A stretch of 56,397 nt of DNA from Salpingoeca rosetta (Eukaryota > Protista > Choanoflagellata). The notes beneath the pieces are model-generated. The model had not been told where the DNA came from. It searched no databases and worked only from the letters and a program-made list of their open reading frames with translations. A program made the position numbers and the translations under genes. The stretch covers positions 2,258,044 to 2,314,440 of the forward strand of contig JAWQFM010000001.1 in the NCBI GenBank assembly GCA_033442325.1. The letters are read 5' to 3'. Positions 13,872-29,802 of this stretch are shown one piece after another. Each line of letters starts with the position of its first letter. The first letter of the stretch is position 1.

Positions 13872-14129
13872 GTGGGAGTGTGAATGGGTTGTGATGAAAG
13901 TGTATTCCGCCAAGAACTCACCCTGTCCGCGCATCACGATTCCCTCACCCCCAATCCCCGTATGCGCCGTTTATTGTCCGACATCAAGGTTGAGCTGCAC
14001 GTGTTCTTGCAGAAGAACCCGGCGTGGCGAAGCGTTCCCGTGAAGCACCGGCAGCAGAAGCTCTTTGAGTCGCTGCTTGTGCTCGAATGTGTTTCCCTGC
14101 ACGAGCCACAACTCTCCTCCACAGCATAG
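10598..14129 (+). CDS. ARL13B: ARL13B-like ciliary Arf-family GTPase with coiled coil, disordered region and extra C-terminal domain
   Basis: [10 protein letters not shown]-loop, [19 protein letters not shown] (Gly in place of the catalytic Gln, an ARL13 hallmark), [18 protein letters not shown], the coiled coil [15 protein letters not shown] and an RVNP motif. In-phase splicing continues to the stop at 14129. Confidence 0.85.
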
Positions 14130-14387
14130 TGTAACCAACCCCGAAGCCAAAGCCCTTACTTGATCTTGCACGCTTTGTCTCGCCTGTTGTTAGGATCGCT
14201 CGCTTCCCTCCAAACACGCGCGGATGGACTAGATTGCCGCCGCGAAAAGTTGCCGTGGCATTGGCGTGTGTTGGCGTGTAATGCGAAATGAAATTCGTCA
14301 CAAATCACGTGCAAGAAAGATCCAGAGAAGAGTAGAGAGGGTACAGCGAAGAGAGACAAACGCAAGCCGACATGAGCGTGACTTAAA

Positions 14388-15357
14388 TCAAGCTTCATCA
14401 TCATCATCATCATCATCGTCATTGTGTGGGGCTGTCTCGTCATCGTCATCGTGTGGGGCTGTCTCATCATCGTCGTGTGTGACCGCGTCCGCATCACCAT
14501 CACTCTGATCGACATCGTGGTCGTCATCATCATCCACATCATCCACATCATCATCATCATCACCATCATCATCATCATTCTCCTCTCTACTAGCATCACC
14601 CACATCCTCGCCACCATGACCATCGTCCACAACAGCTGTGTCGTCAACGGTGTCTGTCACCTCGTCGCCCTCGCCACCATCGTGTGCATCGTCGTGTTCT
14701 GCGTGGTCATGCGACGACGTCTTGACACGGTTGATGATGGCCTCCAGCTTCGCCTTGCGCTGGGCGTGCCGTTGTCTGGGTGGTGCGAAGCAAGTGAGAG
14801 CAATACAGGAGATATGGCGAGCCACGTGGATGTGCAAGGCCACTTCATTCAACCAACGAAACAAACAGACGAGCATACAAACATGCAAGCAACAACGAGC
14901 ACTAGTTATGGCCGCACGCACACACAAACACACTCACACAGTGACATACACTTGTGCATATATGCACACGTCCCTTTACAAACCCACACACACATGCAAC
15001 ACACAACACATACGCAATGCACACAGGCAGGGCGGGGCACCTTGCGGACTGGCGCTCCTGCCGTCGCTTCATGAGGTCCTCCATGCCGGACTTGTCGGCC
15101 ACCTCTGCAATGGCGCGCTGTGCGTCGAGTGTGCGCTGGCGGATGGAGTCCAGACGCGCCTGTTGCTCTGCGGCGTGCGTCTCCCGTCGAAGCTGGATAG
15201 CGAAGGGAGGGGGCAGCGGTAGTGATCATGCAAGTGAGGGCATCAGTGGCGAGGGAGGAAAGGCGAAATGGTGGCGGTTGTGGAGCAAGCGCCCGTTCAT
15301 GTTCCTCGTGAGGGTTACATGCACAAGGGATTGACGTGCATGTGCGCGGATCAGACA

Positions 15358-15404
<47 letters not shown>

Positions 15405-15564
15405 TTGCTTCTTGGCGTCGTTTCTCTTCGGCGAGTCGCTTTTCGCCGAGAATTCTCTTCTGCTGCTCTTCTGTCTCGCGTTTCTTCCGCTCGCGCTCCT
15501 CCTTTGCCTTTGCGGCCTCCGCCTTACGCGCCGCCTCCGCTGCCTCCCGCCGCTTCCTGCAGCC

Positions 15565-15653
<89 letters not shown>

Positions 15654-17107
15654 GATGACGTGAGGTGACGAAAGCGCTTGCCTCTCAATTTCAACCCTCA
15701 AGTGCATTCTTGTGATGATGCCCAGAGATACCACACACAAACACACAAAACGTTCACACTCACGCACACACGCACACACACAAACACAGATCATAAACAC
15801 AGACATGCACAGCGCACCTTTCTTCCTCTGCCTTCTTCTCCTGCTCGCGTCGCTTGATTGCGTCAAACCAGTCCTCGCCATCGTCCACAACCGCCCGCCA
15901 CGACTCTGTGTTGTTGTCGTCGTCGTTGTCGTTGTTGTTCTGTTCGCCCTTGTCTGCGGTGTGCGGTGTTGGCCCTCTGCCCTCCACCGCCTGCGGAGAC
16001 GTTGCACCAGAGGCAGCCTCGCTCCCCGGCTGCGAGCTGTCCTGAGACATGACGCGCTTGGCGGGGGAGCGACGCGCCACAGTACGTGACCCGTCCTGTG
16101 TTGTGTTGTGGTGTGGTGTGGTGTGGTGTGGTGTGGTGTGGTGTGGTGTGTGCATTGTGTTGTGGTGTGGTGTGGTGGTGTGTTGTGTGGTGGTGTGTTG
16201 TGTGGTGGTGTGCGTCGTGTATGCGTGTGTGTGTGTGTGTGTGTGCGTGCGTGTGTGCGTGTGAAGGGGAGAGGAACGCGATAGCTGCGATGTTAGTGTG
16301 GTGCGTGCTACTGCGACATTTGACTGTGTGGGTGTTCGTGGGATTGAGCGGCCGACTTTGCGTGGATTACGCGCGTTCGTGCAGAGGTGCGTGCAACAGT
16401 GGGTCGTGGATGCAATGACAACGGCTGCAATTGATGGCACGCACCTGGAAGCTCTTCAGACGGTTGTCAAGCCCCTTTTTCTTCTTGGCGAGATGGTCGC
16501 GCCTTGGCCGTGCGCCTTGCGTGCGATCCACGCCCTTGCTGTAAGATCAAGCAGCGAAAACATTAGCGCACAAGCACCACCATCATCAGGACTGCAGCCC
16601 AAAGCGCGCAACTGCATGTGCGTGCATGTGTATGCGCGTGTGTCTGTGTTTGTTTGTGCTGGCAGCCTCGCTTCACTTCAGCAATCGACGTGCGCATGCA
16701 AAGATCATTCGAGACATGCACGAGCAAATGCACAGCGGAACAGAGAGAGAGAGAGACAGAGACAGAGAGAGAGAGGCGTGCTTGGCACAAGCGCTTGGAC
16801 CCATGTCCTTGCGTACCGGGCTGGTGATCCAAGCGATGATTTGGCAGTGGACGGGCGAGACTTTGAGGAGCCTGTGGATGAGCTGGAGCTCGTGCGCTTC
16901 GACTTTGCTGCGGAAGTGGCACTCCCTGCAAAGGCACATGGTGTTGGATGTGTTGGCAATGGCAGAAGGAGGGGTGAGGCACTGCGCTGTTTCAAGCGAT
17001 GCAAGCTTGTGCCAGCGCTGATATCACTTTTCAGGCGTTGGGGGGGGGGGCGTGGGGCATCAAGAATCCGCGCACAAAACTGGATCAATGTAAAAACAAC
17101 GACAAGA

Positions 17108-17194
<87 letters not shown>

Positions 17195-17663
17195 CAGACA
17201 GACAGAGAGACAGAGAGACAGGCAGGCAGACACACACAGGCACACCAAACGCACAAACACACACAGACACACAAACACGCACAGACACACAAACACGCAC
17301 AGACACACAAACACGCACAGACACACAAACACACAAATACACACCTGGGCGGACTTGGCGGGCGGCCCTTAAAGCACGAGCACGAGCGACGGGGTCGGTC
17401 GGCAAGGCATCCTCCTTCTTTTTTTTCTTCTTCTTTGCAATGGTGGCTGAGCTGCTGCTTGTGGTGGTTGTGGCATTGCTGCTGCCACTGCTGGCGCTGC
17501 CTGTGCTTGTGCGTGTCTTCATTGCACTGGTTGGCCTTGTGGTTCTGCTCCTTGCTGACGCTGAGGTTGTGCCCGCCGACGGCGATGATTTGGCTGAACT
17601 GCCACTGGTGCCTCTGCTCGTCGTGCTGCTGCCCACCACCTTCTTCCTCCGCACATCCGCCAT
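14388..17663 (-). CDS. Low-complexity/coiled-coil protein, possibly MAP7/ensconsin-like
   Basis: Basic S/T-rich N-terminus (MADVRRKKVVGSSTT..), E/K/R-rich helical exons (KRREAAEAARKAEAAKAKEERERKK..), QRKAKLEAIINRVK reminiscent of the MAP7 motif ERKKRLEEIMKRTR, and an acidic Asp-rich C-terminal tail. Confidence 0.6.
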
Positions 17664-17873
17664 GATGGTGGTGGTTGTTGGTGCTGTTGTTGCTTTGTGG
17701 CTTTGTTGTGGTTTGTTGCGCCGGCAAATTCAAATTGAGATATCCATTTTGTGCTGTCGGAGACGGCGTGTCAAGCGGCGCGGGCGTTGCACGTTGTGCC
17801 AGCCAGCACAACACGGTTGGAGGGTTGGTGCGTTGGTGCGTGAGCTGCAGGCAAGCGACAGGACAGGAGAACA

Positions 17874-18290
17874 ATGGACCCGATGCATGGTACAACCGGC
17901 CGACGGGTCGGTGGCTCGTGGAAGTGTGGGGGTGGCCAAGTCGCTTGTGATACGGGTGGTGTCTGTGACACCAGCAGTGGCAGTGCCACACACAAAAACG
18001 GGAGCACACAGAGTGTGGAAGCCATTTCCTCCGCCATCCGCGAGACCATCTCCGAAGCTGTCCGAGCTCGCCCAGGGTTTTCCTCGGGGATGCCGACGCG
18101 ACAAAGCGACAGCGTGCTGCATCGTCGATGCGCCCCTTCACATCCTCTTGAAAAGCAACGTGCAGGGCCCCTGTCATCCATCTCGCTGCCCTGCCTTCGC
18201 CAGTACACGGTAGCTGCAGAGGAAGGCCCACAGCACCAGCGCCACGGCAGCAGCCACCAACGGCGCACTCACGCCGCCACACATGCCACA

Positions 18291-18376
<86 letters not shown>

Positions 18377-18722
18377 GCCCACGCTTGCGCGCGCAGTGTC
18401 TGAGCAGGAGTGTGAGTGTGGGTTGCTCTGTGATGGGAACAGCGAAAGTGTCGAGCGTGCAGGCATCGGGGACAGCAAGGAGCGGGCTCCTCCGCGCAGC
18501 CCCAGGCCGCGCGCCCGTGACACCGGCAAGTCTGGCAAAACGCGACCACGCCGCTCATTTCCACCAGCTCTCACGGCAGATGGCAGCATCGTGTATCGTG
18601 GAGACGACATGCCACACCGGCAGGAGTTTGAAGCGGTGGTTGCACGTGTTATGCTGTTACAGCAAGAAATGAGAGCGCAAGCATCCCACAGGAAGCCCCG
18701 CCGCACCACCAAGACCACGTGA
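17874..18722 (+). CDS. Hypothetical polyQ-containing protein (may have further exons to about 19290)
   Basis: 282-aa ORF with a (CAA)n-encoded polyQ tract and the helical segment RQEFEAVVARVMLLQQEM; exon-like segments lie downstream at about 18840-18903 and 19085 onward. Confidence 0.45.
18293..18375 (+). repeat. (CAA)n trinucleotide repeat encoding polyQ
   Basis: Directly visible. Confidence 0.95.
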
Positions 18723-18914
18723 CCACCTCACTCGCGCACATGTGCTTTCCGTCTCCCCGAACTGGAGGGCTTAAGCATGGTGGGCGGTGTACGCTCGCAA
18801 TAGCTTCCTCCCTGGCAATGGCTGACCCGTGATGGGCAGATCTCATCCAAGGCGCAGAGCAGGATGGCGGCAACAACGACCCGCAGGGCGAGTGTCCTAA
18901 AGGTGCGTGAGCAC

Positions 18915-18967
<53 letters not shown>

Positions 18968-19503
18968 TCTGTGTGTGTCTGTGTGTGTCTGTGTGTCTGT
19001 GTGTGTGCCTGTGTGGTGTTGTTTCCTTGCTCACCCACCGCTGCAATTCCTATTGCTTCTCTCCACATAAATACCCGCGTACAGAGCCAACGAACCCGCT
19101 CTCAAGTCCGCCCAGCAACGGCCGCTGGTGACGCTTGCCGACAGTGCCGGCGGTGATGTGAGCCGCGTGGTGGCTCGAATCACCACGAGGATGGGCGTGC
19201 ACGCGTTGTTGGGGGACATCAACTTGGTTTCAATGGACGAGCACGTCAGCCGCACTGTTCTGACACAGCGCGCAGAGCAATGCCAATAAAACTCGGCAAC
19301 ACATGAATGGCACAAGCTGCGTGGACAAAACAAAAAGGAAGGTCCAACACACCAACACGACCAACAACACTCTACACAACACGCCACCACAACTGACGAC
19401 ACGCCACCACACAACGCAACACAACGCAACGACCAGCCGCAAGCAGGGTGAAGAAGCACTCAGCACATTGACATGTGGCGGGGCCTGGCGGACCTTGGTC
19501 ACA

Positions 19504-22357
<2,854 letters not shown>

Positions 22358-22879
22358 GGCTGCTGGCTCGTTGCTGGTTCGTTGCTGGTACTAGTGGTGC
22401 TGCTAGTGCTGCTGTCGTCGTCGTCGTCGTTGACTGGCTGACTGACTGGCTTGCTGGTCAATGTGCCCACTGCACTTGCGTGGTGGTGGAGGTTGTTGTA
22501 GGGTGGTGTGGTTGTGGTGAACGTCTGCTGCCAGTGGGTTGTTCCACAAAGACGCTCCCTCGGTCGGTCGATCGTGCTTTGTTACCGACACGATAAAGTG
22601 CAGTAAGTAGCCAGTGACCCTGAAATCAGTGTTAGATATTCAAACACGACGACGATGACTCATCATCGAGCAAGAAGGCTGTTTTGTGTGTTTTGGCTTG
22701 CTTCTTGCGTATTTTCCTTTTCCACCACTGACGCTCCCTCTCTTCTTCTCCCATCTCCAATCCAACATCGCCTGCCTGCCTGTCGATCCCACACCACCCA
22801 CTCCTCACCACCCTTCCTCATCAACCTTCCTCACCACCCTTCCTCACTCCTCACCAACCTCACTACCACTACCAGCACC

Positions 22880-23494
22880 ATGTGCGGCCGCGGCCCTCAT
22901 CGTCGTCATCACCATCACCACCACCACCACCACCATCGCCCAGGTGTGGGTGCGTTTGTGGCTGGCGCCATGGTTGGATCGGCCGTCCGTGCAGCCACCC
23001 GCCCAGCACACCAGCGCCACGTCGTCGTGCACAGGACGGTGGTGCAGCAGCAGCCAGCGCCCCCGCCACCTGCCCAGTATGCTCCCGGCCCGTACGCTCC
23101 CCAGCCGCAGTACCCAGCATACCCACAGCCCCCACAGCAGCAGCACCAGCAGTATGCCCCGCCACCGGCTTACCCGCAGTACCCACCACAACAGCACCAG
23201 CACCAGCACCAGCAACCCCCGCCACCGGCCTCACACGCCTATCCACCAGCACAGGCACCGCCGGCCCAGCACCAGGCGCCTTACGCCCCGCCCCCTGCTA
23301 GCCAGCACCAGGCGCCTTATGCCCCGCCACCGCCAGCCCACGGTACAAGCCCATATGCGCCCCCACCAGCCACGTCTTCCCCATACGGGCAGCCGCCACA
23401 GCAGCACCACCAGCAGCCACCACAGCATCCTCCACAGTACCAACAGCAGCCGCCACAGGCCGGCCCATACGCCCAGAAGGGGCCCTACGGCTGA
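22880..23494 (+). CDS. Intronless His/Pro/Gln/Tyr-rich low-complexity protein (204 aa)
   Basis: MCGRGPHRRH10RPGVGAFVAGAMVGSAV.. followed by repeated YAPPP/QYPPQ units, encoded by varied codons rather than a simple DNA repeat. Confidence 0.75.
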   Translation: MCGRGPHRRHHHHHHHHHHRPGVGAFVAGAMVGSAVRAATRPAHQRHVVVHRTVVQQQPAPPPPAQYAPGPYAPQPQYPAYPQPPQQQHQQYAPPPAYPQYPPQQHQHQHQQPPPPASHAYPPAQAPPAQHQAPYAPPPASQHQAPYAPPPPAHGTSPYAPPPATSSPYGQPPQQHHQQPPQHPPQYQQQPPQAGPYAQKGPYG

Positions 23495-24021
23495 AAACAC
23501 CCGCGCCTCACCATCCTAGTACTGCGTGATCCATCCATTGTCATGACTACTAACTTGCAGTGTTTATGACCTTGCGCCATCGCGCGCATGTATGGTGTTT
23601 CTCATTCCATTTCGTGTTTGCATCAAATTCGCCTTCGTGCGCGTTCACATGCGACGCCCACTGTATCCTGTTGCCCCTGTTTCATAGTCGCACATAGTCA
23701 CGCGTGCTTTGCTTCATTCTTCCCATCCATCTTGTTGACTGGCGGTTGCCCGCCAGCTTTCCTTTCGTTGTGGTTGCTATCTTTCGCTTCCTGAGCAGCA
23801 GTCTCCTTTCGACACACATGCTTTGTTGATGTTTGGTGTGAATGAATGACCCTCCGCCCAATGCACATTCGTACACGCAATGCTGCGGTGTTGATGGTAT
23901 TGCGGTTGCCTCTTTTCACTTCATGCATAAACGACCCAACAACGACACGGTGAAACGCTGCGCGCCAAGTGTGTTGCTAGTGAGAGGAAAAGGAGGCACG
24001 AGGCAGTTGGCAACGATAAAG

Positions 24022-24073
<52 letters not shown>

Positions 24074-24190
24074 ATGAGGGAGGGGAAGCAGAGGACAGAC
24101 ACGCTCGCGTGGGCAAGGGCGAAGAAGAGACGTGATGGCACATCAACGCGTCTGCCGTCAGTCGTGGAGCCTGGGGTCGCAACTCAAAGC

Positions 24191-24824
24191 CTAGGCCTCA
24201 GAGAGGGCGTCAACGCCAGGGAGGGCCTTGCCTGCATCGTGTGCGGTGAAACGTCGTGCGGAGCAAGCGGTGAGGTGTTGGAAGACAAAGGATTGAAGAA
24301 GCAGAATGGATGGATGGAAGAACCACGCACCCACACATGAGTGCAGCATCAATGTGATCACAGGAGGCGCTGTCATCAGCAAAGAGCACGAAACCACACA
24401 GAGACAAGCCTGTTCTCCATCACCAACTGCAAGCGCCACTCCACACAACAACACTGCTGCACAGACAATCACCACCACCACCACCACCGTCATCACCACC
24501 AGCATCATCATCATCCATTGCCACCAGCATCGACACCCGCACGAACCTTCGAGGAGCTCGAGGGAGGCGCCGCCGCCCGTGCTGACGTGCGAGACCTTGT
24601 CCTCCGTGTTGTACTTGGCAGCGCACGTGGCTGTGTCGCCACCGCCAATGATCACGCAGCTGCCTTGCTCCGTGGCCTTCACGCACGCATCCATCACCCT
24701 GCAAAGAGCAGCGGTGGTGGTGGCAGTAGCAGCAGCAGTCCAGGTGTCAGCGGATGCGATGAGACAAGAGCATGTGTCGTATTTGGACAGAAACGGAGAA
24801 AAGGGAGGGCGAGAGGGGGACAAA

Positions 24825-24896
<72 letters not shown>

Positions 24897-26407
24897 GACA
24901 TGCGTCGCACTTGATGGTGCCGTTGGCGAACTTGTCAAACTCAAAGACGCCCATGGGACCGTTCCACACAATCGTCTTGGCGCGCAGAACAACCTCCGCA
25001 AACCTTCAGTGAACAACACACACACACACACACATACACACGCACACACACGCACACACGCAGGCAGGCGGTCGTGAGTGAAGGTGTGTAGTAACGATAC
25101 ATACAGGCGCACATGTGTGTGTACAAGTGCATAAATGTGAGTGTATGTACATGTGTGTGAGTGCGTGTGCACGGACGTGTTTGCGGACTTCTCGCCGACA
25201 TCGAGGCCGAGCCAGCCGTCAGGAATGCCTGTCTCGTCCGTGGCCGTCGACGCGTTTGCATCCGCGCTGAACTGCACGCGCAACAGCACACAAGTAGGGA
25301 GGGAAGAGGTCGGGAATTGGACGGTGAGTCGGGAGTGTTTTGTTATGCAAGAAGGTTACATGACAAGCTCGCGCAATACTAAACACACACCAACTCGACA
25401 ATGTGGTGGGAGCATTATGCAACTGGCAACGTGCACGGCACCTTGTCTGCGGTGACGTAGTCCACGGGGAGGTGGATCTGCACGTTGTTGGCCTTGGCCT
25501 TGTCCATGATCTTGCCAACAATCTTGGCACCCTCCTCGTCAAAGAGCGACGAGCCAATCTGCGCCCCGCACATCAAACACCACATCACAACACATCGCAT
25601 CATGTCATGTCACGTCACGTGTCACGCCACATCACCAACACCAACAGCAAATACATGTCGGCAGTTGCACAAGGAAACCCTGGCGGTCCGCCACACGCGG
25701 CCCTTTGCTCCAGCGCGGCGCGCAAACGCACACCCATAGAGGGAGATCAGGGAAGCAAGGGAGGGAAGCAAGGGAGGGAGTGTACATGTGTGACAGTGAA
25801 GGAGAGTACACAACACAGTGCTGTGGTGTTCGTACGTTGACGCCGTTGAGAACTTTCTTGAAGGTGTAGGCCATGCCGCCGCCAATGATCATCTCGTTCA
25901 CCTGCGCGCACACACACATGCCATGTCAGGCGACATCATTATGCAAGCATCTACACACACAAACAAACAAACAAACAAACAAACACACAAACACACACAC
26001 ACAAAAACAAACAAACACACACACACTCTCTCTCTCTCTCTCTCTCTCGCTCTCGTCCCCCAAACAGCCGCATACGCGCCCGATTTGTGCGGGCACCTTG
26101 TCGAGGAGGTTTTCGATGAGCTGGATCTTGTCTGCCACCTTTGCGCCGCCGAGAATGGCGAGAAACGGCCGCTCGGGGTTGTCCAGTGCCTGGAACGCAC
26201 AAATATAAAGGGGTGGGGGTGAACGCATGTGAGTGGCACGTGGCACCGGTGCAGACAAGGGGAAACACTGTGGTGTATGTGGTGGGCGTGCGTGTGTACC
26301 TTTGCAAAATACTCGAGCTCGCGCTTGAGGAGGAAGCCCGCGGCCTTGATGGGCAGGTCAACACCAACCATCGAGCTGTCACAGACGAATGGCACACATA
26401 CACATAC

Positions 26408-26438
<31 letters not shown>

Positions 26439-27169
26439 TACACACATACACATGCACATACACATGCACATACACATACACACGTACACATACATATACA
26501 CATAGGAGTGAGTGAGTGAAGGATGAGGCAAGGCAATGGTGGAGAGCACAGCACGCAAAAGATGTGGGAGCGAACCTGTGGGCGCGGTGGGCAGTGCCAA
26601 AGGCGTCGTTGATGTAGACGTCACCTGAACAGCCAACATGCACGCGTGCCGTGGGTGAGACCCAAAGGTGGAGGCAGCGGTGGCGGTGATGGCCGTGGTG
26701 GCTGTGGATGACGCGCAGCCAGAAAGTGTGCACAAGGATAGACAAGACAAGGTGTGAGGTGCCATGGCGGCTGTGCAGTCGTGACACACCAAGGGACGTG
26801 AGGGACGCGCGGAACTTGGCAACAGCCTCCTTCTCTGGCTTGAACTGCAACACAAACACACCCGTGATGCGCAAAGTAAGATCAGCAGTCATGACATGAT
26901 GGCATGAACCCTGGCTCGCCACGACCAAGAACACGTGCATGCACGCACACGGACAAACACAGACACAGAAGCAAGCACATACAAACACACGCAAACAAAT
27001 GCACACACACGCACCTTGTTGCCCCCTGCGTCCTTGCCCTTGCCTTCCTCTTCAGGGTGGAAGCGAAGGTTCTCCAGAAGGATCACAGTGCCTGACGACG
27101 TGCGTGTTCAGCGAGAGCGTTCTCATGTGAGCAATAGTGCCTCTGCAGGCTAAACCACGCATGCGCAAA

Positions 27170-27237
<68 letters not shown>

Positions 27238-27910
27238 AGGTGTGTCTGCATGCGTGCATGTATGCAGCATGCACGGGCGTACCTGGGGTCGGGTCCTTGC
27301 AGGCAGCCTCGACGGCGTCACCAACGCAGTCATCGAGGAACTGCACAGGCCTGTAGCAATGGATTGGTTGGTGGATGGATCAATGGGAAACGAGCAGGCG
27401 TGTGAGCAGTTGTGACCGTACGCATAAGAACATGAAGCAAAGAAAGCGTGAGCAGTGCTCACACACACACACATGGTATATTGGGATGAGAGGGCTTCAG
27501 CAACAGGTTTGTACGTGTGTGCAGAATCAGCAGAAGCACAGGTACTGCAAGAGATGTTTGAGCGGTAACGGGCTCAGAGCACACGAGCACGCGTCGAATC
27601 TCGCTCGCACCAGCTCCCCCCTCTACCCAACATGCATGGACACGAACCGGCCGAGAAGGGAGGAGAGCTCCGTGGCGACGGGCTTGAGGGACAGGCTTGG
27701 CTTGACGTTGCCCTCGGGGCGGCCGAGGTGGCTCATGAGCACAACGCTCTTGGCGCCGTGTTCCAGGGCGTGCTTGATGGTGGGCAGGGCGCCCACAATG
27801 CGCTGGTTGTTGGTGATGTTGCCCTCCTTGTCAAAGGGAACGTTGAAGTCCACCCTCATCAGGACGCGCTTGTCCTTGAGGTCGACGTTGTCAATGCTGA
27901 GCTTGCCCAT
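24191..27910 (-). CDS. PGK1: Phosphoglycerate kinase
   Basis: [85 protein letters not shown] and [17 protein letters not shown]|[12 protein letters not shown]. Confidence 0.98.
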
Positions 27911-27987
27911 GCTGGATGATGTCTGTTGCGCGCGCGCGCGTGTGTGTGTGTGTGGTGTACGTGTATGTGTGTGTGTGTGTGTGGTGT

Positions 27988-28018
<31 letters not shown>

Positions 28019-28883
28019 GTGTACGTGTATGTGTGTGTTTATGTGTGTGTGTGAGGTGTGGAACATGAAGAAAAACCCATGAGCATTGATAGCAAGCAAG
28101 ATGTGTGGTCTTGCCCAAGCCAAAGCACATAAACAACACGCACGCACATACATACATACACACAAAACGTGCGCTGCTGTGCTGCTGCTGCAAACAGAGA
28201 GCGATCTCCCTCCCTTCCTCCCCTCCTGCCCTCAGCCACAACCTTGGCAGCTGTGTGCGCTCTCGCCCGTGCTGTTGCTGTTGCTGTGAGGTGGTTGTGA
28301 TTGTGGCTGTGGCTGCGGCGTTGCACAAGGGACGACCACGACGGGCACACGCACGCAGTCAGGCGGCTTGCACGCAAAGCCAAGCCCGGAAGACGTACCA
28401 CAGGGGAGAACGTGGCTGGTGCTTGGATCAACAAGATGATGAGGGGGAGCAAGACGGAGGAGAGACGCACGTGTGGCTCTTGGTGAATGCCTGCCTGCTG
28501 CTAACGGCTCTGATAGTGAGACAAGTGCCAGTGGGAACGAAGACGAAGAAGAAGAAGCAAGCAAGTGTGTGTGTATTGCTTCTTGCTTTGCTTGTCAGAT
28601 TTTCTTCCTTCTTCACTGACAACAACCCGACACTACGCAAGACAGCAAGAAGACAAACCAAACAACATTGAGGGTGGTGTTTGCGACTTCTGCGAGGGCT
28701 GTTGGCTGCTGCTTGTTGGGTGGTGTGAGCGGCATTGTTCAGCGTGCACGACGCCGCATAGATAGGTACCGAAGGGAAACAACAGAGCGCAGGCCAAGCA
28801 AGAGTGCAAGCGCAGTGGGGGGCACACAAGACTGGCGGCACACAGGCGAGCAAGGCATCGCAGCTGCACATCCTTCGTCCAGC

Positions 28884-29069
28884 ATGCCGTCGCGCATGAT
28901 GTTGAAACTTGCGCGATACGCGCTCGTGTTTGCTGGAGGCATCGGCATTGGCATGCTGGCACACCACCTCCGCTCCACCCGCGTACATCCACACGCCTTT
29001 GTGTTCATCGTCCGTCTCAAATTCAAGGTATGTGTATGTGTGTGTGCGTGTGCGTGTGTCTGTGTGTGT

Positions 29070-29130
<61 letters not shown>

Positions 29131-29802
29131 TGCAAGTGTGTGTCCATGTGAATTTCCTTCCAGCCAGTCACGCTTGCACTCTTATACGTTTACGTAATCT
29201 GTCCCCCCCCCCCTCTCTCACACTCCCTCCACATTCTTCCCCTTTCCTTGCTCTGCAACTGGTTGCAGCCGGGCGCCGTCACCGCGTTTGTGGAGCGCTG
29301 GGCGGCGCTGGCCAGCCACTGCCGCCAGAGCGAGGAGAACACATTGACCTACGAGCTGTGCTACGACCTTGCAGACGAAGACACGGTCATGATCTACGAG
29401 CGATACTGCTCCAAGGCGGACCTCACCAATATCCACAACAAATCCGCCCCCTTTGCACGGGTACGCTGGGCACTGGCCTCCTGCGATGACAGTCATCTCC
29501 CTCATTCATTGTCTACGGGTTTGCATGCCCTTTTCTCTCAACACATCTTCTCGTGGTGACCCTCTGTTCCACTGTTCACACACTTGCGCACACTTGCACG
29601 CACACACACACACACACATATACACACATACACGAACACACACATACATGTACACACACATATACACACATACACGAACACACACACACACACAACCACA
29701 CACACACAGTTGAACAGGTGGCTGGCATCTGCAAACATTGTGCTGGAACGAGAAGTGCTTGAGTACCAAGAGTCAAATATTGGATACATCGTCAGGAGAT
29801 GA
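28884..29802 (+). CDS. Antibiotic biosynthesis monooxygenase (ABM)/LsrG-like dimeric alpha-beta barrel protein with N-terminal anchor; 3 exons
   Basis: FVFIVRLKFK|PGAVTAFVERWAALASHCRQSEENTLTYEL..DTVMIYERY..HNKSAPF|LNRWL..YQESNIGY: the typical ABM pattern EPGTLxYE..xYERY..H. Confidence 0.75.

Noticed and set aside
16705-18564. 619-aa minus-strand ORF
   Set aside because: Composed of antisense polyQ DNA, an off-frame reading of the MAP7-like first exon and intronic repeats; only the distal part is a real exon
28039-28470. ORF with signal-peptide-like start (MRLSSVLLPLIILL..) upstream of PGK as a targeting extension
   Set aside because: GTG start and no convincing in-phase splice to PGK; more likely 5'UTR or promoter sequence
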